Shown here one piece after another: positions 9,612 to 18,556 of a stretch of DNA of 64,000 bases. Every line of letters begins with the position of its first letter. Position 1 is the first letter of the stretch. Below the pieces are notes generated by a model. The model saw nothing but the letters and a program-made list of their open reading frames with translations. It made no database searches and was not told where the DNA came from. This DNA is from Candidatus Binatia bacterium (lineage in GTDB: Bacteria > Verrucomicrobiota > Verrucomicrobiia > Limisphaerales > UBA8199): NCBI GenBank assembly GCA_035566895.1, contig DATMQA010000007.1, forward strand, positions 54,395 through 118,394, in the 5' to 3' direction. Made by a program: the position numbers and the translations under genes.

Positions 9612-9926
9612 GTGCCTGTGGAACTGACATATCCGCACATCTTGAAGGAACCTGGCAAGCCGGCGCGGTTGCAGCGACACGCTCGAACACGCGTGGCCAT
9701 GATCGTGGCGGATTATTTATGGCGCGGGTGGTCGGCCGAGGAGATCGCCCGCCAATACACTTATCTGAATCTGGCCGAAGTTCATGCCGCGATGACTTAT
9801 TACTTCGATCACCGCGAGGAAATCGAGAACGAGCTAATCGCGGAGTATCGAGAGGTTGAGGAATGGAAAAAGACGCACCCGACTCCGCCGTTTCTGGTCC
9901 GACTTAAGGAGCAAGCCAAGCGTTAA
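9612..9926 (+). CDS. DUF433-family antitoxin-like protein
   Basis: RVAMIVADYLWRGWSAEEIARQYTYLNLAEVHAAMTYY is the typical DUF433 core. Its stop overlaps the next start (TAATG). Confidence 0.75.
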   Translation: MPVELTYPHILKEPGKPARLQRHARTRVAMIVADYLWRGWSAEEIARQYTYLNLAEVHAAMTYYFDHREEIENELIAEYREVEEWKKTHPTPPFLVRLKEQAKR

Positions 9927-10273
9927 TGTCTGTCGGCCTCTATGCTGATGTGCATGTTCCACGCCCTGCAATCCTGCAACTGCGGGACCGCAGTGTGGAT
10001 ATCCTCGCAGCGACAGAGGAGGAAACTAACGAACTCCCGGACGACGAACTGCTGACAATTGCAACCTCCCTCAGAAGGGTCCTGGTGACACAGGACATTC
10101 GGTTTCGCGTCATGGCTGAGAATTGGCTGCGAACCGGCCAACGCTTCGCTGGTTTGGTGTTCGCACACCAACGCTACGTGAGCTTCGGCCAGTTGATTGC
10201 TGATCTGGAACTCATAGCGAAGGCGACCGATTCCGACTATTGGCAGAGTCGCGTCGAGCAGCTTCCATTGTGA
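9926..10273 (+). CDS. DUF5615-family (PIN-like) putative toxin
   Basis: The LYADVHVP...DDELL..A....RVLVTQD pattern is typical of DUF5615 partners of DUF433. Confidence 0.65.
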   Translation: MSVGLYADVHVPRPAILQLRDRSVDILAATEEETNELPDDELLTIATSLRRVLVTQDIRFRVMAENWLRTGQRFAGLVFAHQRYVSFGQLIADLELIAKATDSDYWQSRVEQLPL

Positions 10274-11055
10274 ATTCCGATCTTATCGCCCGCGTTCTGG
10301 GCGCCATTCCCAATCGCCTGCAACTGGCCGGCGGCTGGATCGACCAACCGTTTGTCTCCCGCCACAATCCCAAGCCGCCCGGCTCGATGGTGGTGGTGCA
10401 GATCGAGCCCAATTTTCGCCCGATGGATCGTTCCGGCTTCGCCACCGGCACTCGGGCTGTCGCGATGAAGTTGTGGAAGGGCAAACGGCCCAAACGTCGG
10501 CCGGCTGAGCTCACCCGCGAACTTTATGAGGCCGAAAACAAAGGCAAGGCCGAGCCGAGCGGTTCGCAGGACATGATCGGTTTGATTTATCCCGGGATTA
10601 ACCGGCTCGACTATGATTTCAGAATTGACGGCGGGGTATTCCCTTCCCACATCGAGACTCTCGACGACGCGAGCAGCGCGCGCTGGCTGGAAAAGGCGCT
10701 GCACTTGCTTCCGATTGAGCCTCGGCCGGAGGGCTACTGTCCGCTGGGCAAGAAGAATCTCGACCCGAAGTGGGTCGCGCGCCTCGGCCAGTCCGGCCAG
10801 GACTGTTTCTTGGCCATCCGCCGCCGGGATGTCGGCGCGCTAGGCCGCTCGTTCAACCTCACGATGAAATGCTGGGAGACCCTGCTGCCGCATGTCGTCC
10901 GGCATCCGCTCATCAAGGTGGACCTCATGGCCTTGCTGAACGCCTACCAGCGGCGCTACCCGGGAGCAATGTATTCGGGCTGCGGTGGCGGCTACTTACT
11001 GGTAGCTTCAAACGACCCCGTGCCCGGCGCCTTCAAAGTGAACGTCCGGACATGA
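10270..11055 (+). CDS. GHMP-kinase-like protein with a degenerate phosphate-binding motif
   Basis: The GSQDMIGLIYPGIN and YSGCGGGYLLV blocks resemble fucokinase/HddA-type GHMP kinases. Motif II is degenerate (RSGFATGTRA). The start is taken at GTG 10270, which overlaps the upstream stop (GTGA); the track ATG is at 10240. Confidence 0.45.
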   Translation: MNSDLIARVLGAIPNRLQLAGGWIDQPFVSRHNPKPPGSMVVVQIEPNFRPMDRSGFATGTRAVAMKLWKGKRPKRRPAELTRELYEAENKGKAEPSGSQDMIGLIYPGINRLDYDFRIDGGVFPSHIETLDDASSARWLEKALHLLPIEPRPEGYCPLGKKNLDPKWVARLGQSGQDCFLAIRRRDVGALGRSFNLTMKCWETLLPHVVRHPLIKVDLMALLNAYQRRYPGAMYSGCGGGYLLVASNDPVPGAFKVNVRT

Positions 11056-11067
11056 TCTATTTTAACC

Positions 11068-11361
11068 ATGACTTCGCTGACCAACGCGCAAGTACGAGCT
11101 TTCAAAGCTCAAGCCCAGCAGCTCAAGGCCACGCTCAAGATCGGCAAGGAAGGCATTAGCTCACAGTTCCTTGCTGCCCTGGACGATGTGCTGAAACATC
11201 ATGAACTCGTTAAGGTGAAATTTGACGAGTTCAAGGACCAGAAGAAGGAACTTTCCCCGCAATTGGCCGAGAAGAGCGGCAGCTATTTGGTCGCCCGGGT
11301 AGGCAACGTAGTTGTGCTTTACAGGCCAAAGCTGGTCGAGGAGAGGAAACCAGATCGGTAA
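11068..11361 (+). CDS. yhbY: YhbY-like CRM-domain RNA-binding protein
   Basis: LKATLKIGKEGIS..F...D..L..HELVKVKF......VGN..VLYRP pattern in a 97-aa ORF. Confidence 0.8.
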   Translation: MTSLTNAQVRAFKAQAQQLKATLKIGKEGISSQFLAALDDVLKHHELVKVKFDEFKDQKKELSPQLAEKSGSYLVARVGNVVVLYRPKLVEERKPDR

Positions 11362-11392
11362 TCGGTGAAATGACACTAAATCACATTCCCGC

Positions 11393-11421
11393 TTGACATA
11401 CATAGCATTGATATGTATAGT
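11393..11421 (+). promoter_or_regulatory. sigma-70-type promoter TTGACA-17 nt-TATAGT with an overlapping palindrome (putative PadR operator)
   Basis: TTGACA at 11393-11398, a 17-nt spacer and TATAGT at 11416-11421. ACATACAT..ATGTATAG half-sites span the spacer. ATG 11428 lies 6 nt after the -10 element. Confidence 0.6.
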
Positions 11422-11427
11422 AATGCC

Positions 11428-11760
11428 ATGCTTACGAAAGAACTGGTTGCCGCCTCGACCGAGCCGTTGATTTTGTCCCTCCTTTCCGAAGGTGAGAGTT
11501 ACGGTTATGCCCTCATTCAGGAAGTAAAACGGCTCTCCGGGGACAAAATCGAATGGACCGATGGGATGCTTTATCCGGTGTTGCATCGCATGGAAGGCGA
11601 GGGCTGGATCGAATCGCGCTGGGGCCAGGCAGAGAACGGCCGCAAGCGGAAGTACTATTCGCTCAAAAAAGACGGGAAGAAAGCCTTGAAGGAGCAACGT
11701 GGACAGTGGGTCACCGTTTCAAAACTGTTCAAGCAGTTGTGGAAGGAACAATATGTTTAA
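11428..11760 (+). CDS. PadR family transcriptional regulator
   Basis: ILSLLSEGESYGYALIQEV...DGMLYPVLHRMEGEGWIESRW.....RKRKYYSLKKDG. The start is taken at ATG 11428; the track ATG at 11413 lies inside the -10 element. Confidence 0.85.
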   Translation: MLTKELVAASTEPLILSLLSEGESYGYALIQEVKRLSGDKIEWTDGMLYPVLHRMEGEGWIESRWGQAENGRKRKYYSLKKDGKKALKEQRGQWVTVSKLFKQLWKEQYV

Positions 11761-12913
11761 CCTCGACCAGGCAATCGCCCAGTGGCGGCAGCAAATGTTG
11801 TCCGCCGGAATAAAATCTCCGGACGTTCTCGACGAACTGGAAACCCACCTCCGCGACGAAATCCAGCGCCAAATCCACTTGGGCGCCGATGAGCAACACG
11901 CTTATCAAGCCGCGGTCGCCGGCATCGGCCCGGCCGGTGTGCTTAAGGCCGAATTCGCGAAAGTAGCAAGCGGCCACAGCCACCGGCGGCGGACATTCCT
12001 CCGAACCTTTTATTTTATCTCAGCCGCCTTTGTGCTGTTGATCAACACCTGGACCTTCCTGGAATTTGAAATCAGTCCGCTGGCACGAGCCTTGGGAGTC
12101 TCCGCTGTTTCACTTATCTGTTTGTATTTGGCCGGCCTGCCCTATTTGCTCAAATCGCTTCCCGCGGCCCCTTATATCCGGCTCGCAAAAGCAAACAAAG
12201 TGGCCAGCAACCTCCTGTGGCTGTGGCCAATTTGGGCACTCCTGGATGCCGAACACGTTGTTCACCTCGAAATTGGCATTGTTCCAACCATGGTTCTTTG
12301 GTGCCTCTACGCGGCAGTGGCCCTCACCGCCATTGCTTATACTCTGAATGGCCGTTGTCTCCCGCCCGGCGACCCCGGCAGCCCGCCGCCCCCTTTCCAG
12401 CCGCAGCCTCATCCCATCCCGCCGGCGCCACCGTGCCCGCCCGACTTTGCTGCTTCGCTCCCGCCGTCAAAACCGGTTGACCCGATTGTTCATCAATCTC
12501 TGGAACTCGCCTGCGGCGAAGCTTCCCGTTTGGGTCACGACTTCATCGGAACAGAACATGTGCTGCTCGGGGTCCTGAAACTGGCCAAAGGGTCTTTTGC
12601 CAATGTTCTGCGAAACCTGAACGTGGACCGCGAAGCAGTGCGAGCGGAGATCGAGCGATTGGTTTCTCCCGTCCCTGCTCACTCGTCAGCCGCAGCCATC
12701 CCCCTCACTCCTCGCGCCCGGAAAGCTATGCAGCTCGCTGCCCGGGAAGCCAAAGCCCTGGACCACTCCTGTATCAGCGCTGAGCATATCTTTCTTGGCC
12801 TGCTTCTTGAAGGCAGCGGCATTGCCGCGCAGGTGCTCAAAAACCTTGGCCTCCACATTGGAACCACCCGTGAAGAAATACTGCGCGAATTACGCGCGCA
12901 CCCAGGTTGTTAA
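11753..12913 (+). CDS. PadR-coupled four-TM membrane protein with a C-terminal double Clp_N repeat
   Basis: The start overlaps the PadR stop (ATGTTTAA). The order is an N-terminal helical domain, four TM helices, a Pro-rich linker and two Clp N-domain repeats (FIGTEHVLLGVL... and ISAEHIFLGLLL...). Confidence 0.75.
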   Translation: MFNLDQAIAQWRQQMLSAGIKSPDVLDELETHLRDEIQRQIHLGADEQHAYQAAVAGIGPAGVLKAEFAKVASGHSHRRRTFLRTFYFISAAFVLLINTWTFLEFEISPLARALGVSAVSLICLYLAGLPYLLKSLPAAPYIRLAKANKVASNLLWLWPIWALLDAEHVVHLEIGIVPTMVLWCLYAAVALTAIAYTLNGRCLPPGDPGSPPPPFQPQPHPIPPAPPCPPDFAASLPPSKPVDPIVHQSLELACGEASRLGHDFIGTEHVLLGVLKLAKGSFANVLRNLNVDREAVRAEIERLVSPVPAHSSAAAIPLTPRARKAMQLAAREAKALDHSCISAEHIFLGLLLEGSGIAAQVLKNLGLHIGTTREEILRELRAHPGC

Positions 12914-13049
12914 ATGTCGGATTCTGGTGCAAAGGGAAACCAGATAGAAATCGGTCTAAGAGCGTGTAAAAACTGTAGCAGCCGACGTAAGGCTCTGATC
13001 CTATACTAAAGGTGGCAGAAATTTGAGCCTCCTTGCGTCGGCTGCTATA

Positions 13050-14561
13050 ATGGGAATGATTTTCAAACGCGCTCTCAAAGGCTTCATGAAACCGTGTGGC
13101 ACGCTTTTTGTCGCAGTCCTGTTCGGCTTGGCCAGGGCGGCGAATGCCGCCTCCCCGGGCAATGCGCCGCCCTTGCCAATCACCGGGACCCGCATCGTGA
13201 ACGTGAACACCGAAGCGCAACTGCAAACGGCTACAGGGAATCTGCAAAGCGGCGATACGATCCTGCTTGCCGACGGCACCTATAATCTGACCAGCAGCCT
13301 TTATATCAACGGCCGGAATGGAGTCACGATTCGCGGGTCGGCCGGCAGCACGAATGTTGTCCTGGCCGGCAAGGGCATGGACAATACCAATTATGGCAAC
13401 GTCCCCTTCGGCATCTGGTCCAACGGCACCAACACGACCATCGCTCATCTGACCATCCGCGACACCTGGGACAACGAAATTATCTTCAACGCGGGCGCCC
13501 AGTCGCCGCTCGTGTACTGTGTCCGCCTGCTCAACGCCGGTTCGCAGTTCATTAAGTCCAACCCTACTGACGTCAACAGCGGTCTTGGCGTTAATAACGG
13601 CGTAGTCGAGTACTGTTGGTTTGAGTACACCGGCAGTCCGCCAGGCGACCACGGCTCAGGTGTCGGCTACTTCAACGGCATCAGCGCCCATGCGGCGCAA
13701 AACTGGGTTGTTCGGGGGAATCTCTTCAAAAACCTTCATAACCCCGATTCCGCTGCTTACCTGTGGAACCCGGCCGTTTTGTTCTGGCGTCATTCGGTGA
13801 ACACGCTCACTGAGCAGAATACCTTTCTCAACGTGGACCGGGCTGTGGCCTACGGGTTGGACAACACCACGCCTTACTTCGACCACGCCGGCGGTGTCAT
13901 TCGCAACAATTTTGTCTGCCTTATTCCAGGTCTGATGAGCGCTGGTCGCACCGCCGGCTCGGACGGCTCGCTCATTGCCTGGAACTCTCCCGGCACACAA
14001 ATCGACCACAACAGCGTCTTGCTCAACGGCAATGAGTTTTATGCGGTCGAATTCCGCTTTTCCAACACCACCAACGGCACGGCGCGCAACAACCTTGCCG
14101 ACGCACCGATTCACCTGCGCGATAGCGCCACCGCCACGCTCGGCTCAAATCTCGTCACCGCCGTGCCGGGGATGTTTGTCAACTCTGCCATCGCTGACCT
14201 GCATTTGCTGGCCTCGGCAACCAACGCAATCGACAAAGGGCTCACCCTCTCTACGGTAACGAACGATTTCGACGGCGACCGGCGCCCGAGGGGCGCCAGT
14301 TCGGACCTCGGCGCCGACGAGTTCACGACCAACGCACCGCCGCAATTCACTCGCGTGAAGCTGGTGGGCGCCAGTGTGGCGCTCGATTTCACAACCTTCC
14401 TTGGCGAAAGTTATGACGTGCTGCGTGCCGACGCTTTGAGTGGTGCCGCCTGGGGTCTTTTGGCCACGAACCTCCCGGGGACCGGGGCAGCTATTCAAGT
14501 CACCGATACGAACGCGCTCGTCCCCTCCAGCCGATTTTATCGGGCTCGAATATCGCCGTGA
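13050..14561 (+). CDS. secreted right-handed beta-helix protein with a C-terminal FYR-P module
   Basis: Signal peptide, parallel beta-helix-like repeats (NVVLAGKGMDNTNYG..IAHLTIRD), DFDGDRRPRG..DLGADEF, and a tail ending SSRFYRARISP-stop. Confidence 0.75.
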   Translation: MGMIFKRALKGFMKPCGTLFVAVLFGLARAANAASPGNAPPLPITGTRIVNVNTEAQLQTATGNLQSGDTILLADGTYNLTSSLYINGRNGVTIRGSAGSTNVVLAGKGMDNTNYGNVPFGIWSNGTNTTIAHLTIRDTWDNEIIFNAGAQSPLVYCVRLLNAGSQFIKSNPTDVNSGLGVNNGVVEYCWFEYTGSPPGDHGSGVGYFNGISAHAAQNWVVRGNLFKNLHNPDSAAYLWNPAVLFWRHSVNTLTEQNTFLNVDRAVAYGLDNTTPYFDHAGGVIRNNFVCLIPGLMSAGRTAGSDGSLIAWNSPGTQIDHNSVLLNGNEFYAVEFRFSNTTNGTARNNLADAPIHLRDSATATLGSNLVTAVPGMFVNSAIADLHLLASATNAIDKGLTLSTVTNDFDGDRRPRGASSDLGADEFTTNAPPQFTRVKLVGASVALDFTTFLGESYDVLRADALSGAAWGLLATNLPGTGAAIQVTDTNALVPSSRFYRARISP

Positions 14562-14687
14562 CTAGCCCAGCCGCCAGTTTGCTTCAGCAATGCTTTGCGA
14601 AGACCAACGCCAACAAAGGAAATTTCCACTGCTTCCTCTGGCCCAAAATTGTGGGAAATTCATACCCAAAAATCATAAATCCACCGG

Positions 14688-14739
14688 CCCTCTACTATGT
14701 ATGGTGCGACAGACCTTGTCCAACGGTGGACAAGCTGCT
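14688..14739 (+). repeat. 52-nt copy of the core motif of the 37.4-kb tandem units, with an internal hairpin
   Basis: CCCTCTACTATGTATGGTGCGACAGACCTTGTCCAACGGTGGACAAGCTGCT matches 37533-37584 at about 43 of 52 positions (hand count). It contains the hairpin TTGTCC-N6-GGACAA. Confidence 0.75.
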
Positions 14740-14818
14740 TTTGGTCGGTTGCCACATACAATGGAGGCACCCTATTGATCTTGACGCTGACTCGTCTTCC
14801 TGGCCACATTGGGGTCGT

Positions 14819-16144
14819 ATGAAACGACGCCAATTCCTCAAATCCGTTGCGTTCACCGGGGCCGCTGGACTGATTCTTCCCCGCCTAAAGCTTTTCGGCG
14901 CCGATGCGCCGAGCAACAAGTTGAACGTGGCCCTGATTGGAACCTGGGGGCGGGGGGAGGCCCACTTCGGCGGGCTCGCCAGTGAAAACGTTGTCGCTCT
15001 CTGCGACATCAATGAGGAACACCTGGCTTACGGCGCGAGGAAATTTCCGAATGCCAAACAGCATTTCGATTGGCGTAAGTGCCTCGACCAAAAAGATGTC
15101 GAGGCCGTCGTCTGCTGCAGCCTCGACCACACGCATGCCTTTGTCGCCAATTGGTCGATGAACCGGGGCAAGCACATTTACTGCGAAAAGCCCCTGGCCA
15201 ATTCCGTCGAGGAAGCGCGCGTCGTTCGCGCCAACTATCTCAAGAACAAGAACAAGCTCGCCACCATGGTGGGCACGCAGCGGCACGAGTACGAGAATTT
15301 CAATCGCGTGCGCGAGTTGATCCGCGACGGCGCCATCGGCCAACTCCAGGAGGTTTCGGCCTGGGGCGACCGCAAAATTCCGCGCCCGGGCTATCCCGCC
15401 GGCGCCGGCGAGCCCCCGAAGCACATTCATTATGACCTGTGGATTGGCCCCTCGCCGTTCCATCCTTACAGTCCGGAATACTTCAAAGGCGGCCCGGGCA
15501 TGAACTGTTTGTCCTGGAACATGTACTGGGATTTCGGCAGCGGGCAGGTCGGCGACATGGGCAGCCACACGATGGACCTGGCCTGGAACGCGCTGGACGC
15601 CGAACTGCCGGTTTCGGCCGAGGCCAAGGGCGACGCCTTCAACCCGGACGTCACGCCTGTGAAATTGGAAATGCATTTCGAGCTCCCGGCCAATTCCTGG
15701 CGGCAGGCCATCAAATGTTCGTGGTACCAGGGCGGCGCGCTGCCGGAATCCCCCTCCCGCTATATTGACCTCAAGAAGATCGACCACGGGGCGCTCTTCG
15801 AAGGCAGCCAGGGCGCGTTGGTCGCCGATTTCACCACCCGGGCGATTTACCCGCTGCGCAACGCCGACTTCACGTATTACAAGCCGCGCGCCAAAGCCGA
15901 CCTCCTCCCCCCGGTGGGCAATTTCCAGAAACAGTGGATCAATGCCTGCAAAGGCAGCTTGAAGACCTGCTGCGATTTCGATTACGGCAGCAAAATGATC
16001 GAGATGATGCTGCTGGGGTTGGTGGCCTATCGTGCCGGCAGGAAGATCCAATACGATGGCGCCGCCGGCAAAGTGATCGACTGCTCGGAAGCCAACGATT
16101 TCCTGCGCCGGACTTACCGCGAAGGCTGGACGCTGAACGGGTAG
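14819..16144 (+). CDS. Gfo/Idh/MocA family oxidoreductase with a twin-arginine signal
   Basis: MKRRQFLKSVAFTGAAGL (Tat motif), Rossmann segment LNVALIGTWGRG, EKP motif (YCEKPL). The track start at 14558 is rejected in favour of ATG 14819. Confidence 0.85.
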   Translation: MKRRQFLKSVAFTGAAGLILPRLKLFGADAPSNKLNVALIGTWGRGEAHFGGLASENVVALCDINEEHLAYGARKFPNAKQHFDWRKCLDQKDVEAVVCCSLDHTHAFVANWSMNRGKHIYCEKPLANSVEEARVVRANYLKNKNKLATMVGTQRHEYENFNRVRELIRDGAIGQLQEVSAWGDRKIPRPGYPAGAGEPPKHIHYDLWIGPSPFHPYSPEYFKGGPGMNCLSWNMYWDFGSGQVGDMGSHTMDLAWNALDAELPVSAEAKGDAFNPDVTPVKLEMHFELPANSWRQAIKCSWYQGGALPESPSRYIDLKKIDHGALFEGSQGALVADFTTRAIYPLRNADFTYYKPRAKADLLPPVGNFQKQWINACKGSLKTCCDFDYGSKMIEMMLLGLVAYRAGRKIQYDGAAGKVIDCSEANDFLRRTYREGWTLNG

Positions 16145-16171
16145 CAAATCGGTTTCTCTTGAACCGGAGAC

Positions 16172-17608
16172 TCATGCGATTGCAACCTGTTCTTCCTGAA
16201 CTGGAACGGAGATGGGAGGAACGTTACCAAAGAGTGAGATGAGCCCTTCTGACATGGTCGGATGGGCAAAGATGGCGTCCCGCAGCGCGGTATAGGGCAG
16301 TCCCGCAATCATCGCGACCTGCACGGTGGACATGATTTCTCCCGCCTCCACTCCGAAAACGCTGAATCCCAGAATGTGATCACTCCTTGTGTCAACGAGG
16401 GCTTTCATAAAGCCACGGGTTTCGGACAGCGTTCTTGCCCGCAAGACCGCCGCGAGCGGAATTTTCGCCAGACGGTACGCCACGCCACGCTCGTTGGCCT
16501 CAGTTTCGCTAAGACCGACCCGGGCAAACTCAGGCTCCGTAAAGATGCAGAATGGCACTTGCCGTCCGGTGGTCACGCGATTGCCGCCCAGGATATTGTT
16601 GTGCACGATGTGAAAGTCATTCTCCGAAATGTGCGTAAAGTGCGGGCTGCCGGCACAGTCGCCCGCTGCCCAGACATTGGGAGCGGTTGTTTCAAGGCGT
16701 TCATTCACTTTTACGTACCCGCGCTCGGTTGTTTCCACTCCGGCGAGGTCCAGGCCGATACCGTCGGTGTTGGGCGTGCGACCTGCCGCGACCAGCAGAT
16801 GAGTGCCTTCCAGCACGAGTCGCGAGCCTTCGCGGTTAGCGTTCAGTTTCACCGCTTCGCCGGATTTTCCTTCAACGCTAATAATCCGCGTACTCGTGAC
16901 CACCTCGATTCCCTCGTCCCTGAACAGTTCGTGAAGAGCTGCCGAGATGTCCTGATCCTCGCGATGGACCAGGCGGGTGTTGCGATCAATCACGGTGACG
17001 CGGCTGCCAAAGCGGTGCATGGCTTGCGACAACTCAAGGCCGACAAAGCCGCCTCCGAGCACGAGGAGATGTCCTGGAATGCGGTCGAGTTCCAGAGCTT
17101 CGATGTGGGTCAAGGGCTTTGACTCAGCCAAACCTGGAGTAGGATCGATGGTAGCGCGGGTTCCCGTGTTGATGAGGACTCGCTTTCCGCGGATGAACCG
17201 CGTGGTTCCTTCGGCAGAAGTAACCTCGACGGTTTTAGGTCCGACAAAGCGTCCGGAACCCATGACCAGTTCGGCTCCGCTTTTTTCGTATAAATCGAGA
17301 TGGATGTCCACCAGGCTGGTGACCATCTTGCGCTTGCGCTCACGCACGGCTGGCATGTTGATTTTCCAGTTATCTTTGGTGATCCCGAATTCCTCGCTGC
17401 GTCGAAAGTAAGAAGCAACCTGTGCGCTATGGATGATGTTCTTGCTCGGAAGACAGGCGATGTTGGGGCAGGAACCTCCGATATATTTTCTTTCAATGAC
17501 CGCGGTCTTCATCCCCTCTTTGGCCAGGGTCCAGGAGAGCAGTTTGCCGGCCGCCCCGCTGCCCAGCACGAGGAGGTCGTATTCTTCCGGTGAGGTTGGT
17601 GTTTTCAT
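16172..17608 (-). CDS. pyridine nucleotide-disulfide oxidoreductase (mercuric reductase / lipoamide dehydrogenase-like)
   Basis: YDLLVLGSGAAGK FAD fold, redox-active pair CPNIAC, second Rossmann segment LLVLGGGFVGLE, and a C-terminal dimerisation domain containing HPTMSE. Confidence 0.8.
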   Translation of the reverse strand: MKTPTSPEEYDLLVLGSGAAGKLLSWTLAKEGMKTAVIERKYIGGSCPNIACLPSKNIIHSAQVASYFRRSEEFGITKDNWKINMPAVRERKRKMVTSLVDIHLDLYEKSGAELVMGSGRFVGPKTVEVTSAEGTTRFIRGKRVLINTGTRATIDPTPGLAESKPLTHIEALELDRIPGHLLVLGGGFVGLELSQAMHRFGSRVTVIDRNTRLVHREDQDISAALHELFRDEGIEVVTSTRIISVEGKSGEAVKLNANREGSRLVLEGTHLLVAAGRTPNTDGIGLDLAGVETTERGYVKVNERLETTAPNVWAAGDCAGSPHFTHISENDFHIVHNNILGGNRVTTGRQVPFCIFTEPEFARVGLSETEANERGVAYRLAKIPLAAVLRARTLSETRGFMKALVDTRSDHILGFSVFGVEAGEIMSTVQVAMIAGLPYTALRDAIFAHPTMSEGLISLFGNVPPISVPVQEEQVAIA

Positions 17609-17653
17609 ATGATCAGAGAATTTGTTCACAGAATGTTCTTTTGGTTGCCGGAG

Positions 17654-18421
17654 TCATTGCGCCAGGTAGCCGCCGTCCACGGCAATGTCGGTTCCGGTGA
17701 CAAACGACGCCTCCGGAGAAGCAAGCCATACCACCGCAGCAGCAACTTCCTCGGGCGCTCCAAAGCGTCCAACCGGGTGCTGGTTCTCCCACCATTTCCT
17801 GGCGTCACTTTCTCCGTCGCCGAGCATGCGCCCGATCATCTCTGTCTGGATCGTGCCCGGGGACACCGTGTTTACGCGGATGCCTTTTTTGGCGAATTCC
17901 AGCGCGGCGCTCTTGCTCAAGCCGTTAACCGCGTGTTTGCTGGCCACATAAACACCCGCTCCCGCCAAACCGATCTGCCCGGCGATGGACGAGGTGTTGA
18001 CGATCGAGCCGCCGCCATTGCGTAACATGGCTGCCGCCTCGTGTTTCATTGAGAGCAAAACACCTTTCACGTTGATATCGAAAACTGCCTGGTAATGCTC
18101 GGGGGTCTGCGTCTCCGTCGTGAGGCCCATCTGGCCTTCAGTTCCGGCATTGTTAAACGCGATGTCCAGCCGGCCGAAGGTGGCCACGGTCTTATCCACC
18201 AGCGCCTTCACGTCAGCTTCGCGGCTGACATCCGTTTTGACGAACAGGGCTTTGCCACCTCCCTTTTCGATGGTTTCCACAACCGCCTGTCCTTCACTTT
18301 CGCGCCGGCCGGCAATAACGACCTTTGCTCCCGCTTTGGCAAGCGCCAGGGCCGCGGCCTTGCCGATGCCCGATGTTCCGCCGGTGACCACTGCGACTTT
18401 GTTTTCCAGTGAACCATTCAT
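17654..18421 (-). CDS. SDR family oxidoreductase
   Basis: VAVVTGGTSGIGKA, NNAG and the YVASKHAV catalytic motif. The start is taken at ATG 18421. Confidence 0.85.
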   Translation of the reverse strand: MNGSLENKVAVVTGGTSGIGKAAALALAKAGAKVVIAGRRESEGQAVVETIEKGGGKALFVKTDVSREADVKALVDKTVATFGRLDIAFNNAGTEGQMGLTTETQTPEHYQAVFDINVKGVLLSMKHEAAAMLRNGGGSIVNTSSIAGQIGLAGAGVYVASKHAVNGLSKSAALEFAKKGIRVNTVSPGTIQTEMIGRMLGDGESDARKWWENQHPVGRFGAPEEVAAAVVWLASPEASFVTGTDIAVDGGYLAQ

Positions 18422-18556
18422 ACTCAATCCTTTCCTCTTAGGTTTCATTTTTTTCGGCTCCATGCCGTTAACATTTCCCCTATCGCACTGTTCCAGAAAT
18501 CGCTAAAATCGTATGATTCGCTTGTAGTAATCGGATTTGGCGATAAGCTTCCAACC

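Noticed and set aside
12837-13652. 271-aa minus-strand ORF overlapping the start of the beta-helix gene
   Set aside because: Its antisense partner (13050..14561) has a signal peptide, beta-helix repeats and the FYR-P tail. The minus-strand translation is low-complexity.
14885-16147. 420-aa minus-strand ORF covering the Gfo/Idh/MocA gene
   Set aside because: This is a shadow ORF of a high-GC coding region. Its translation is Arg/Ala/Gly/Pro-rich with no recognisable motif, while the plus-strand frame has clear family motifs and a Tat signal.
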